Source of the DNA: a bacterium
GTDB lineage: Bacteria; JAAXHH01
NCBI GenBank assembly: GCA_963693015.1
Contig: OY843748.1
Location: 7,449-71,448 of the forward strand
Direction: 5' to 3'
Length of the DNA stretch: 64,000 nucleotides
A model generated the notes under the pieces. That model did no database searches. It had not been told where the DNA came from and was given only the letters and a program-made list of their open reading frames with translations. Of the stretch, positions 9,555-18,326 are shown in pieces; positions within the stretch are counted from its first letter, which is position 1, and each line of letters starts with the position of its first letter. A program made the position numbers and the translations under genes.

Positions 9555-9615
9555 CCGGCGGGCCGGTCTGGCCGCGTTGCCGCACCGGAGGATCGATCCG
9601 TTGGCCCGACTCCCC

Positions 9616-10827
9616 TCAGCCGGCGGCCTCCGCCTGGCTGGCCCGGCCCGAACCCGGGCGGGGCACGGAGATGAAGCTGGTGGCCGCAAGCGTCAGGACG
9701 GCGACGATGGCCGCGCCGATGAAGACGTGCTGGTAGCCGTAGATGATCCAGACCAGGCCGCCCAGCGTAGGAATGGACATGGACACCGCATGGTCGATAG
9801 TGACGCCGAGGGAAAGCGTCGCGGTGAGATCGTCCCTTTTGACGACGATTTTGCTGGCGTAGGTCGTCCGTGCGATACTGACGTTGAACAGGACCAGGTC
9901 GAGCACGAAACTGGCATAGATCAGATCCACGGCCCACGCTCCCAGCCCCATTTCCGCGGCGAATCCGTAGCCCAGGCAAACGCCGACGAGCAGCACCGCG
10001 TCGATCATGAGCACCACGCGTTCCCCGAACCGGTCGATCAGCTTGCCCAGCTGCGGCGCGAAGAACACGCCGATAACCGATGCGATCAGATGGAGCGAGG
10101 CAATCGTGGATACCGGTTTGTCGAAGATGCTGATCAAAACCCAGGGGCCGAAGGTGATGAAGATCTGCTTCCGCGCGCCGAACAGGATGTTCAGCAGGTA
10201 GAACAGGGTGTACCTTTTCCGCATGATGAAGGTGGGACGGTTGCCCGTGTGCCCCTCGATGGGACGCATCGCCAGGTAGCAGTAGACGCCCCCGAGGGCC
10301 ACCAGCGCGGCCAGGGCGAAGACGGGCAGATAGCCCAGTGAAGTGCCGCCCAGTCCCATCCACAGCAGGATACTCCCCAGGATGGCGGCGCCGGTCTGGA
10401 TGCCGCTCAGGCGTCCCAGCATGGTGGCGCCCCTGCCTTCGCGGGCCAGCCGGAGGGCGATCGTCCGCGTCACGGGCATCTGCAGATGCATGCCGATGCT
10501 CCAGATGATCATGGAAGTGAGCATCGGCCCGTACAGATCGCCGTAGAAACCAAGGCCCATGAATCCCACGGCCATCAGCACCATGGAGAGGGCGGCCATT
10601 CTGAGTTCCGACCAGAAGAACAGGATGCCGGCGAAGGCGGCGACGAGAAAGCCGGGCAACTCGCGGGGAAACTCGAGTTCGCCGCGGCTCATCGCGTCCA
10701 TGTGGTAGGTGTCGCTGAGGAAATTGTTGAAGCTTATTTCCCCCAGTCCCATCGAGAGACCCATGCTGACCGCGCCAAGCACGAAGAGGATGAGTTGACG
10801 GTCGGCGGATCTGATCCAGGAAAGCAA
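9616..10827 (-). CDS. MFS transporter
   Basis: ~12 TM segments; GKLIDRFGER MFS loop motif. Confidence 0.88.
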   Translation of the reverse strand: MLSWIRSADRQLILFVLGAVSMGLSMGLGEISFNNFLSDTYHMDAMSRGELEFPRELPGFLVAAFAGILFFWSELRMAALSMVLMAVGFMGLGFYGDLYGPMLTSMIIWSIGMHLQMPVTRTIALRLAREGRGATMLGRLSGIQTGAAILGSILLWMGLGGTSLGYLPVFALAALVALGGVYCYLAMRPIEGHTGNRPTFIMRKRYTLFYLLNILFGARKQIFITFGPWVLISIFDKPVSTIASLHLIASVIGVFFAPQLGKLIDRFGERVVLMIDAVLLVGVCLGYGFAAEMGLGAWAVDLIYASFVLDLVLFNVSIARTTYASKIVVKRDDLTATLSLGVTIDHAVSMSIPTLGGLVWIIYGYQHVFIGAAIVAVLTLAATSFISVPRPGSGRASQAEAAG

Positions 10828-10840
10828 GGGGGGCTCCGGT

Positions 10841-11599
10841 CTAGGGCAGGTCGAACTTCTTCAGTTCGTCCCGTATTTCGGCGGCCCGTTCGAATTCTTC
10901 GTTCTCGACGGCCTCCGTCAGTTCCGCCCTCAACCGGTCTTCCTCGGAACGGGGCTTCTGCTTTTGAATCTCCTCGGCCATGTCGCGCAGTATCTTCAGT
11001 TCCTGGCTTTCCTTTACCAGGTCGTCCCGGTCATAGGAACGAAAGAAGTGCTCGATTTCTTCGATGCCCTCTTCGATATGGCGCAGGGCCTCTTCGATAT
11101 CGCCCTTACCCGTGGCGATCAGGCTTCTCGCCCGGGCGCGGTGCATGATGACGAAGGGCCGGTACTGCTCCAGGGAAAGGCGGTCGTCGTCGTTTTCGGC
11201 CTGGGTCCGCACGATCTCCATGATCTGCAGATTGTGCTCGGCGTCCCGGCAGGCCTCGTGATAGGACTCCAGTTCGAACATGCAGATGCGCCGGTAGTAA
11301 TACTGCAACGATTCCGATTGCAGGTTCACGCAGTCCTCGTGGGATAGATTGAGCTGGGCGTCCGGGCCTTTGTCCGCTTTCTGCTGCTCGAGTTTTTCCA
11401 GGTAGTGATCCAGGAGGGAGGGTTTGCCGTGGGGCCTCTTGCCGTCCGGGCGGTCGAACCACTCCATCTGCAGGATGCCGAGATCCACGCGCATCTGAAT
11501 CCTGGTCCGGCCGTCTTCGCCCTCGATTTTACGCACGATGAGCTTGTCGGGCCCCGTGTAATCCCATTCATCGAGTAATTTGCTGATGTCCGGATTCAT
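10841..11599 (-). CDS. UvrB/UvrC (UVR) motif-containing protein
   Basis: QMRVDLGILQM..RPDGKRPHG N-terminus; C-terminal EEFERAAEIRDEL; GGAG RBS before ATG 11599. Confidence 0.82.
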   Translation of the reverse strand: MNPDISKLLDEWDYTGPDKLIVRKIEGEDGRTRIQMRVDLGILQMEWFDRPDGKRPHGKPSLLDHYLEKLEQQKADKGPDAQLNLSHEDCVNLQSESLQYYYRRICMFELESYHEACRDAEHNLQIMEIVRTQAENDDDRLSLEQYRPFVIMHRARARSLIATGKGDIEEALRHIEEGIEEIEHFFRSYDRDDLVKESQELKILRDMAEEIQKQKPRSEEDRLRAELTEAVENEEFERAAEIRDELKKFDLP

Positions 11600-11655
11600 G
11601 TGCCTGGCTCCCGTGTGTAGAGTGTGAGGCGCCGGGGACGTGGAAAGGGACCGGA

Positions 11656-12504
11656 TCAGAATGCGCCGGACAGCGCGCCGCCCAGCGTCAGCAACCCGAT
11701 TCCCCAGCAATAGTAAGAAAACCTGGACAGATTGCCGGCAACCACGATGCGAAGGAGCAGCCTGAGCGCGATGTAGCCGCTCACGGCCGCCATGACGGTA
11801 CCCGCGGCTACCGCGGACCACTGATCGGCGGGAATGCCGCCCGTTTCGCCGATCTGGACGGCAACCGCACCCAGGATCGCGGGCACCGCCAATAGGAAAG
11901 AGTAACGCGCCGCCAGCCGCCGGTCAAGTCCCAAGAGCAGGGCGATGGAAATGGTCGTGCCCGACCGGGAGACACCGGGAATCAGTGCCAGCGCCTGGCC
12001 CAGGCCGATCAATAGCGCATCGATCCAGGTCGTTCCGCCGAGGTCCCGCGTGGGCCGGCCCGCCTGGCCGCCCCGCCCCGTCCGACCAAGCCGGCCGGGG
12101 AACCGGGAGAGCCAGAGCAGGGAACCGGTGACCAGGAACGCGAGGCCGACATATGCCGGTGCGGAGAACAGGCTCTCCAACTCATCTTTCCATCCCAGGC
12201 CGAAGCCGGCAGCGGGAATCGTGCCCACGGCGAGCAGAAGCAGGAGGCGAAGCGACCCGCGGTCTCCCCCGGCTCTCCCCGATATCGCGCGCCAGGCGTC
12301 CGAGGCCAGCACCGCGATATCGGACCGGAACACGACCAGGACGGCCAGCAGCGTCCCGAGGTGTACCATGACGTCGAAGAGCAACCGGGTTTCATCCGGC
12401 CCGCCCGGCCCGCTTAGTCCGAACAGCCGCTGGTATACGACGAGATGGCCGGAACTGCTGACCGGCAGAAACTCCGTTACGCCCTGCAGGAATCCGAGGA
12501 TCAA
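11656..12504 (-). CDS. uppP: undecaprenyl-diphosphate phosphatase
   Basis: QGVTEFLPVSSSGH and PGVSRSGTT motifs; start codon uncertain. Confidence 0.93.
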   Translation of the reverse strand: MILGFLQGVTEFLPVSSSGHLVVYQRLFGLSGPGGPDETRLLFDVMVHLGTLLAVLVVFRSDIAVLASDAWRAISGRAGGDRGSLRLLLLLAVGTIPAAGFGLGWKDELESLFSAPAYVGLAFLVTGSLLWLSRFPGRLGRTGRGGQAGRPTRDLGGTTWIDALLIGLGQALALIPGVSRSGTTISIALLLGLDRRLAARYSFLLAVPAILGAVAVQIGETGGIPADQWSAVAAGTVMAAVSGYIALRLLLRIVVAGNLSRFSYYCWGIGLLTLGGALSGAF

Positions 12505-12578
12505 CGCGTGGTGCAGTTGAATGGGTCACGCTCCGGGGCCGGCCCGGTCAGGAAGACTGACACGCGGGCCACCCCTCG

Positions 12579-13820
12579 TCAGGAAGGCTGGCGCCTCGGC
12601 CGTCTGGCATACCGCCGGCGCGGCCTGCGGCCCTGCGTCCGTCCGCTTCTTGTCTCCGTCCCGCCCCTGGCCGGGGTTTTCTTCGGTCTGGACGTGAGAC
12701 AGGACCTGACGGACTGCCAGAACAGAATGAAGGGCAACGACGGCAGCGCCGCGTAGGCCAGGACCGGGGCGCGCATGAACCATAACCGGAGCACCACGAA
12801 AACCGCCAGGCTCGCGATCAGCGCGATCCAACCCATGGCGATGGCCGAAGCGACGCCGTGCAGGTACACGGCGAGACCCAAGAACAGCAGCGCCGTGGCC
12901 AACATCGAGTTGTACGTGGGCATGAAGAGGCTGAAGCCGCCGATCACCTGGGCCGTACTGCGCCATTTCAAGCCCTCCAGGATCAGGGGCAGTCCATCGG
13001 CGCGGGCCTGGCGCCACCTGGACCTCAGGCGGCTGAACGTGGAACGGACGGGTTTGACCGCTCTTGTGCGGTCGTATACCCATGCCTGGTCGGTATACTG
13101 AATGACGACGTCGTGGCGAAGCAACTTGGTTTGAAACGCCAGGGCATTGTCCAGCCGGGGTTTCTTTACGCCGTGTTTTTCGACCAGTCGACGGGAGATG
13201 CACAGGCCGGTCCGATGGATCCCTCCCCCGAGACGGAGATCCAGCGGCCAATTCGTCAGCCAGTCCGGATTCAGGGTGCTCAACAGGGCCTTGCGGGCCG
13301 TATGCCAGGCCCATTTCCGACCCGAAACACAGTAGCCGGACTGAATGGCCACGGCGCCCTTGGACAGTTTATCGCTCATCACGGCCAGGTAGTTGGCGGA
13401 AATCCTCGACCGGACGTCCAGTATGACGTACGCGTCATACCGGTCTTTAGCGGATAACCGTTCCAGTACGCCCAGTATCGCATCCTCCCGGTCGCGCCAG
13501 CGTTGCTTACCGGGGCCGTAGACGACGGCTCCCTTGCGGCGCGCTATGGTTGGCGTCTGATCCGTACCGTTCACCGGGGCGATGATCACGTCGAACATGC
13601 TGCGCGGATACTTGTTCCTGCGCAGATGCTCTACGGTCCTGCCGATCGATGCCTCGTCTTTCTCCACGGGCACCACCAGGGCGAAGACGTGCCGGGGAAA
13701 GATCAGCGGCGCGTTGCTTCGTCCGCGTATCCGGCCGATGAAACTCAAGGCGAAACCATAGACTGCGACACAAAGCCATCCGGCCAAGACGACAGATTCA
13801 AGCAACGTCAGGTACATCAC
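12579..13820 (-). CDS. membrane GT2-family glycosyltransferase-like protein (degenerate motifs)
   Basis: N-terminal TM, GT-A-like core (YPRSMFDVII, D.T..IAR..GA), C-terminal TMs. Confidence 0.7.
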   Translation of the reverse strand: MMYLTLLESVVLAGWLCVAVYGFALSFIGRIRGRSNAPLIFPRHVFALVVPVEKDEASIGRTVEHLRRNKYPRSMFDVIIAPVNGTDQTPTIARRKGAVVYGPGKQRWRDREDAILGVLERLSAKDRYDAYVILDVRSRISANYLAVMSDKLSKGAVAIQSGYCVSGRKWAWHTARKALLSTLNPDWLTNWPLDLRLGGGIHRTGLCISRRLVEKHGVKKPRLDNALAFQTKLLRHDVVIQYTDQAWVYDRTRAVKPVRSTFSRLRSRWRQARADGLPLILEGLKWRSTAQVIGGFSLFMPTYNSMLATALLFLGLAVYLHGVASAIAMGWIALIASLAVFVVLRLWFMRAPVLAYAALPSLPFILFWQSVRSCLTSRPKKTPARGGTETRSGRTQGRRPRRRYARRPRRQPS

Positions 13821-13861
13821 GTCTCAACCCCCATGGATGCGTTGGTAAACCCATACGAATG

Positions 13862-14866
13862 TCATCGTTCATGGTATTGCTTTCGATAGTATGACCTGTA
13901 ACCGCCCTCGTTCCGGATTGCCTGCCACCACGGCCGGTGGTCCACGTACCACTGCGCCGTCCTGTCCAGCATCGTGTCGAAGTCGAAGGCCGGGCGCCAT
14001 CCCAGGGACCGTATGCGGCCGCAGTCCAGGGCGTACCGCAGATCGTGCCCGCTGCGGTCCGGGACGAACTCGCGCAGGCTCGCCGGCCTGTCGAGGATTT
14101 CGAGGACCCGGTCCGCCAGGCCGCGTCCGCTCACCTCGTGGTTCGTGCCCACGTTGTAGGCGGTCCCCGGTTGGCCGGAACGGAGCACCCGGTCGATGGC
14201 CGAACAGTGATCTTCCACGTACAGGTAGCTGCGTACGGCGCTTCCGTCGCCGTATACCGGCAGCGGTTCGTACTCCAGGGCATTCGTGATGAACAGGGGC
14301 AGGACCTTCTCCGGATACTGGTAGGGTCCGACCGTGTTTCCGCCCCGCGTAACCAGTACGGGCAGCCCATAGGTGGTGTGGTAGGACTGAACCAGCAGGT
14401 CCGCGGCGGCCTTGCTGGCGGCGTAGGGGCTGCGGGGCGCGAAGGGGTCGCTTTCCATCGAGAAGCCCGACGGAACGTGGCCGTACACCTCGTCCGTGGA
14501 GACCTGGAGGAACCGTTTCACCTCCAGGCGCCTCGCGGCGTCAAGCAGAACGTATACGCCGTTGTAGTTGGTTTCGATAAAGGAGGAGGGATCGAGGATG
14601 GATCGGTCGACGTGAGATTCGGCCGCGAAGTTGACGACGGCGTCCACCCCGCGCATCGCGTCGTCGACCAGGTCTTCGTCCCGGATGTCGCCCTGTATGA
14701 AACGGAGCCGCTGCGAATCCCCGCAATCATCGAGGTTGGCGAGGTTCCCGGCATAGGTCAGGGCATCGAGCACCACGACCTGAATATCGGGATATCGGTT
14801 CAATACGTATCGAACGAAGTTACTGCCGATGAACCCGGCTCCACCGGTAACCAGCATGGCATTCAT
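13862..14866 (-). CDS. rfbB: dTDP-glucose 4,6-dehydratase
   Basis: TGGAGFIGSNF, FAAESHVDRS, STDEVYG, YAASKA. Confidence 0.95.
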   Translation of the reverse strand: MNAMLVTGGAGFIGSNFVRYVLNRYPDIQVVVLDALTYAGNLANLDDCGDSQRLRFIQGDIRDEDLVDDAMRGVDAVVNFAAESHVDRSILDPSSFIETNYNGVYVLLDAARRLEVKRFLQVSTDEVYGHVPSGFSMESDPFAPRSPYAASKAAADLLVQSYHTTYGLPVLVTRGGNTVGPYQYPEKVLPLFITNALEYEPLPVYGDGSAVRSYLYVEDHCSAIDRVLRSGQPGTAYNVGTNHEVSGRGLADRVLEILDRPASLREFVPDRSGHDLRYALDCGRIRSLGWRPAFDFDTMLDRTAQWYVDHRPWWQAIRNEGGYRSYYRKQYHER

Positions 14867-14881
14867 TGAAGGCCTGGCTCC

Positions 14882-15523
14882 TCAGGATTTGATACGGCCG
14901 TCGTCCGAATAGCCGCGCTTTTCCCAGTATCCCTTGTGGTTCTTGCGGGTTACCTCGATCCGGGTCAGCCACTTGACCTGCTTGTACCCGTACATGCCGG
15001 GCAGTACGAGGCGCACGGGCGAACCGTGCTTGGACCGGAGCGGCTCGCCGTTCATCCGGAGGGCGAGCATGCTGCTGTCCTTCATCGCCACGCCGACGGG
15101 AACACTGCTTTCATACTCGTCGGCCCCGTAGAAGATGACGTCCCGGGCATTCGGCGCTACGCCCGCCTTTTCGAGCAGGTCGCGCAGCCGCACGCCGACC
15201 CACCGGGCTCTGCCCTGCGCGCCGCCGACGCAGCGCAGGATGCTCTCCTGCGTGTATTGCGGCCATTGATGCAAAGCCTCGTATCCCAGGGCAAATGGAG
15301 CCGTCACGTCGCCTTCGATCTCGAGCCGTTCCGTTTCGACGTCGATTTTGGGTGGGAATGAGACGATGGCTACGGCGAAAAACCGGCGTAGCGGCGTCAG
15401 GCCATCTTCGTCTTTTTCAACGGGAACGAACAGCGGGCCGGCCACGGACTGAAGCGTGGGAAGCACGGAACCGCCGGCAACGAGTCCGGCCGCAAGGGTT
15501 TCCAGGAAATGACGCCGGTCCAT
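14882..15523 (-). CDS. Tat-exported sulfite oxidase/MsrP-like molybdopterin oxidoreductase
   Basis: MDRRHFL Tat motif; CV ligand; HGSPVRLVLPGMYGYKQVKW; GYWE. Confidence 0.85.
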   Translation of the reverse strand: MDRRHFLETLAAGLVAGGSVLPTLQSVAGPLFVPVEKDEDGLTPLRRFFAVAIVSFPPKIDVETERLEIEGDVTAPFALGYEALHQWPQYTQESILRCVGGAQGRARWVGVRLRDLLEKAGVAPNARDVIFYGADEYESSVPVGVAMKDSSMLALRMNGEPLRSKHGSPVRLVLPGMYGYKQVKWLTRIEVTRKNHKGYWEKRGYSDDGRIKS

Positions 15524-15633
15524 GAACGGATCCTGTCGGGGGCGCGGCGGTTCGACGCTAAAACGGATAGAACGATCTGACTGCTGAACCGGATACCGGA
15601 ATCGGCGCGCATGCGATCTCCGCGCCTGCCATA

Positions 15634-15662
15634 AGGTTACCTACGTGTAGTGCGCGTGTCAA
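15634..15662 (-). promoter_or_regulatory. sigma70-type promoter
   Basis: TTGACA-17 bp-TAACCT on the minus strand upstream of the 15523 gene. Confidence 0.6.
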
Positions 15663-15824
15663 GGCATTTGGGGGCTTGAAGACGGGATGGAAGCGGGGTT
15701 GGAGACGCCGTTTCTCATTGGGGTTTGATAATTGAACGGCCAGGGATTAGAATACCTGGGAGGATTGACATCCAGTTCCGGAAGGGGGCTTACCCCGCGA
15801 ACCCACATAGATGGAAGGATAGAC

Positions 15825-16571
15825 ATGTTGCTCGAAAACAAGACGGTCGTCATAACCGGCGCGGCGATGGGCATTGGACGGGCCGCGGCCCTGTGCTGCG
15901 CGGAGGCCGGGGGGCGCACCGTCCTCGCCGATATCGATGAAGCCGCGTTGCAAGAGACCTTTCGCGATATACACGCCGCGGGCGGCGAGGCCTCTTACCA
16001 GGTGGTGGACGTTTCGGACGCCGGCCAGGTCGAAGCGCTGATGGCCGGGGCGGCCGAAGACTTCGGCCGTATCGATGGGCTCGTCAACTGCGCGGGCATA
16101 CTCGAGGGCGCCTACGTACCCGTGGACGAACTGGACGAGGCGGTATGGCAGCGCGTGATGGACGTCAACCTGAAAGGGTCCTTTCTGACGTGCAAGTACG
16201 CGGCGGCGGTGATGAAGGAACAGAAAGCGGGCGTGATCGTCCTGCTCTCGTCCGGGGCCGGCGTCCGGGGGAGCAGTTCATCGGTGGCCTATGGGACCAG
16301 CAAGGGCGCCGTGCACGGCCAGGCCGTCGTCCTGGAGAGTCAGCTGGCCCCCTTCGGCATACGCGTGCACGCGGTATGTCCGGGCGGAATCGCCACGCCC
16401 ATGAAGCTGAGGAACATAGCCCAGGCGGCCGAGTCCCGGGGCGAGTCGGTGGAAGAAGCCCTGAAGCAGGCGGCCGAGTACCTGGGCGACCCCGAGGGCG
16501 TGGGCAGGATCCTCGCCTTTCTCGTTTCCGACCAGGCCGCTCATCTGCGGCAGACGGTCTTTACCCGTTAA
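15825..16571 (+). CDS. SDR family oxidoreductase
   Basis: TGAAMGIG, NCAG, YGTSK. Confidence 0.88.
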   Translation: MLLENKTVVITGAAMGIGRAAALCCAEAGGRTVLADIDEAALQETFRDIHAAGGEASYQVVDVSDAGQVEALMAGAAEDFGRIDGLVNCAGILEGAYVPVDELDEAVWQRVMDVNLKGSFLTCKYAAAVMKEQKAGVIVLLSSGAGVRGSSSSVAYGTSKGAVHGQAVVLESQLAPFGIRVHAVCPGGIATPMKLRNIAQAAESRGESVEEALKQAAEYLGDPEGVGRILAFLVSDQAAHLRQTVFTR

Positions 16572-17766
16572 GCATGATCCGGTGGAACGGCTTGCAAACA
16601 GCCGTTGAAACAGATCGTTTGAAAGCCGGCCTCCCGGCCTGTAGGGACTGTATGAAGCGACCGCTTACGGGTTCCGGCTCGGCGGAGGAGAAGGCGTAGC
16701 ATACCTCGTGATGGTATCGCTCACCGGGATTCAATATGACCGAAGGCCACCCTTCCAGTCCTTGGTGATTGACCGCGTCGGGGAACACCTGCGTTTCGAG
16801 GCAGAAGGCGTGGTGCCTGTCGTAGACGGCGCCCCCCTTTCCCGTCAGGGCGGTGGACAGGTAGTTCCCCGTGTAGAACTGCACGCCCGGCTGATTGGTC
16901 CGTACTTCCATGGAGAGGCCGGAGTGCGATGAAGCCACACGCGCGGCCGGCCTTACCCGTCCGCCGCCATCGCGCAGGACGAAGTTGTGGTCGTATCCGA
17001 CGGGATCTCCGGGTTCCCGCGGTCCGGGCGGAGCAATGGCGTCCATCTCTGCGGCGATGGTCCTGGGTTGCGTGAAGTCGAAGGGCGTCCCGGCGACCGC
17101 CCGGATCTCGCCCGTGGGAATCAGATGGGGGTCGACGGGCGTGTAGGCGTCGGCAAACAGGGCGATCTCGTGATCCAGCACCGGGCCGGACTGGTGGCCG
17201 TTGAGGTTCCAGTAGGAGTGATTGGTCAGGTTCACCGGGGTGGACCGGTCGGTCCGCGCCTCCATCGAGATCCGCAGTTCGTCGTCGCCGGTCAGAGTAT
17301 AGGTAACGGTCGCCTCCACGGTACCCGGGTACCCTTCCTCCCCGTCTGCGCTCGTGTAGGCCATTACGACGTAGGTCCCCTCGCCGTGCTGGCCGAAGTC
17401 CCTTGGTTCCCAAGCCTGCTTGTCGAATCCTCCGGGACCCCCGTGGATGTGATTGGGACCGGCCTTGTCGTTGATCGCCAGTTGACAGGTCCTGCCCTCG
17501 ATCGCGAACCGGCCGCCGGCGATCCGGTTGGCGCAGCGGCCGACGGTGGCGCCGAAGAAGGGATGATCGCCCAGGTATTCGTCCAGGGTATCGAAACCCA
17601 GCACGACGTCCACGAGGTCCCCGTCGGCGTCCGGGATCTCCAGGGACTGCAGTATCCCGCCATAATTCGTGACGCGCGCGACCGCGCCGGTCGCTCCGTT
17701 CAACGCGTACAGGAAAACGGGACGCGAACGGAAGGCGCCCCATACCGTCTCTTCCACGGTGCCCAT
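16561..17766 (-). CDS. galM: aldose 1-epimerase (galactose mutarotase)
   Basis: GRCANRI, HGG, NLTNHSYWNL, GYDHNF, FCLETQ; GGAGG RBS before ATG 17766. Confidence 0.93.
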   Translation of the reverse strand: MGTVEETVWGAFRSRPVFLYALNGATGAVARVTNYGGILQSLEIPDADGDLVDVVLGFDTLDEYLGDHPFFGATVGRCANRIAGGRFAIEGRTCQLAINDKAGPNHIHGGPGGFDKQAWEPRDFGQHGEGTYVVMAYTSADGEEGYPGTVEATVTYTLTGDDELRISMEARTDRSTPVNLTNHSYWNLNGHQSGPVLDHEIALFADAYTPVDPHLIPTGEIRAVAGTPFDFTQPRTIAAEMDAIAPPGPREPGDPVGYDHNFVLRDGGGRVRPAARVASSHSGLSMEVRTNQPGVQFYTGNYLSTALTGKGGAVYDRHHAFCLETQVFPDAVNHQGLEGWPSVILNPGERYHHEVCYAFSSAEPEPVSGRFIQSLQAGRPAFKRSVSTAVCKPFHRIMLNG

Positions 17767-18326
17767 ATGCTCACCTCCTCGAACTGAAAATAACCGGCGG
17801 CTTTGCAAGCCCGGGTCTGTGTGCAGGTCGTCGCAATCGCGCGCGTATTCAGACACGCAGGCGATCCGGAACACCCGGCGATCGCCGATGCGAAGCGGTG
17901 TGCGTTGCCCGAAGGCGGTCAAGACGCAATATACCTCAACTCGTGTCCGTAGAACAACCTTAACCAGTCGGGCTTCGCTTCTCCGTCATTGCACGGAAAC
18001 TACCCGCAACGCGACGTCCCCGCAGGTTCGAAGTGAAAAGGTGTCTCATCGTCTGCCAGCGGCGAATCAGCGGCAGCGCAGGCTGTTCGCGGGTGGCCGA
18101 ATACCCGAAGCTGCATTGGGGCGACGTGGAGATCGTCCATCCCGGATAGGGCACCCATGCGAATAGAGAAGCCCGATATCCCTTGAATCGCAATCGTTTG
18201 GAGACTACCTTCGTGGCGGTCACAGGTCGCTTCTCCCTCTCTCCGCCGGAGAGGAAACGGCCTGTGACCCTGCGTGTACTCGCGTTTCTGCGTTGAAGAA
18301 CCCGGATTGACCCTACAAGACTTCCC

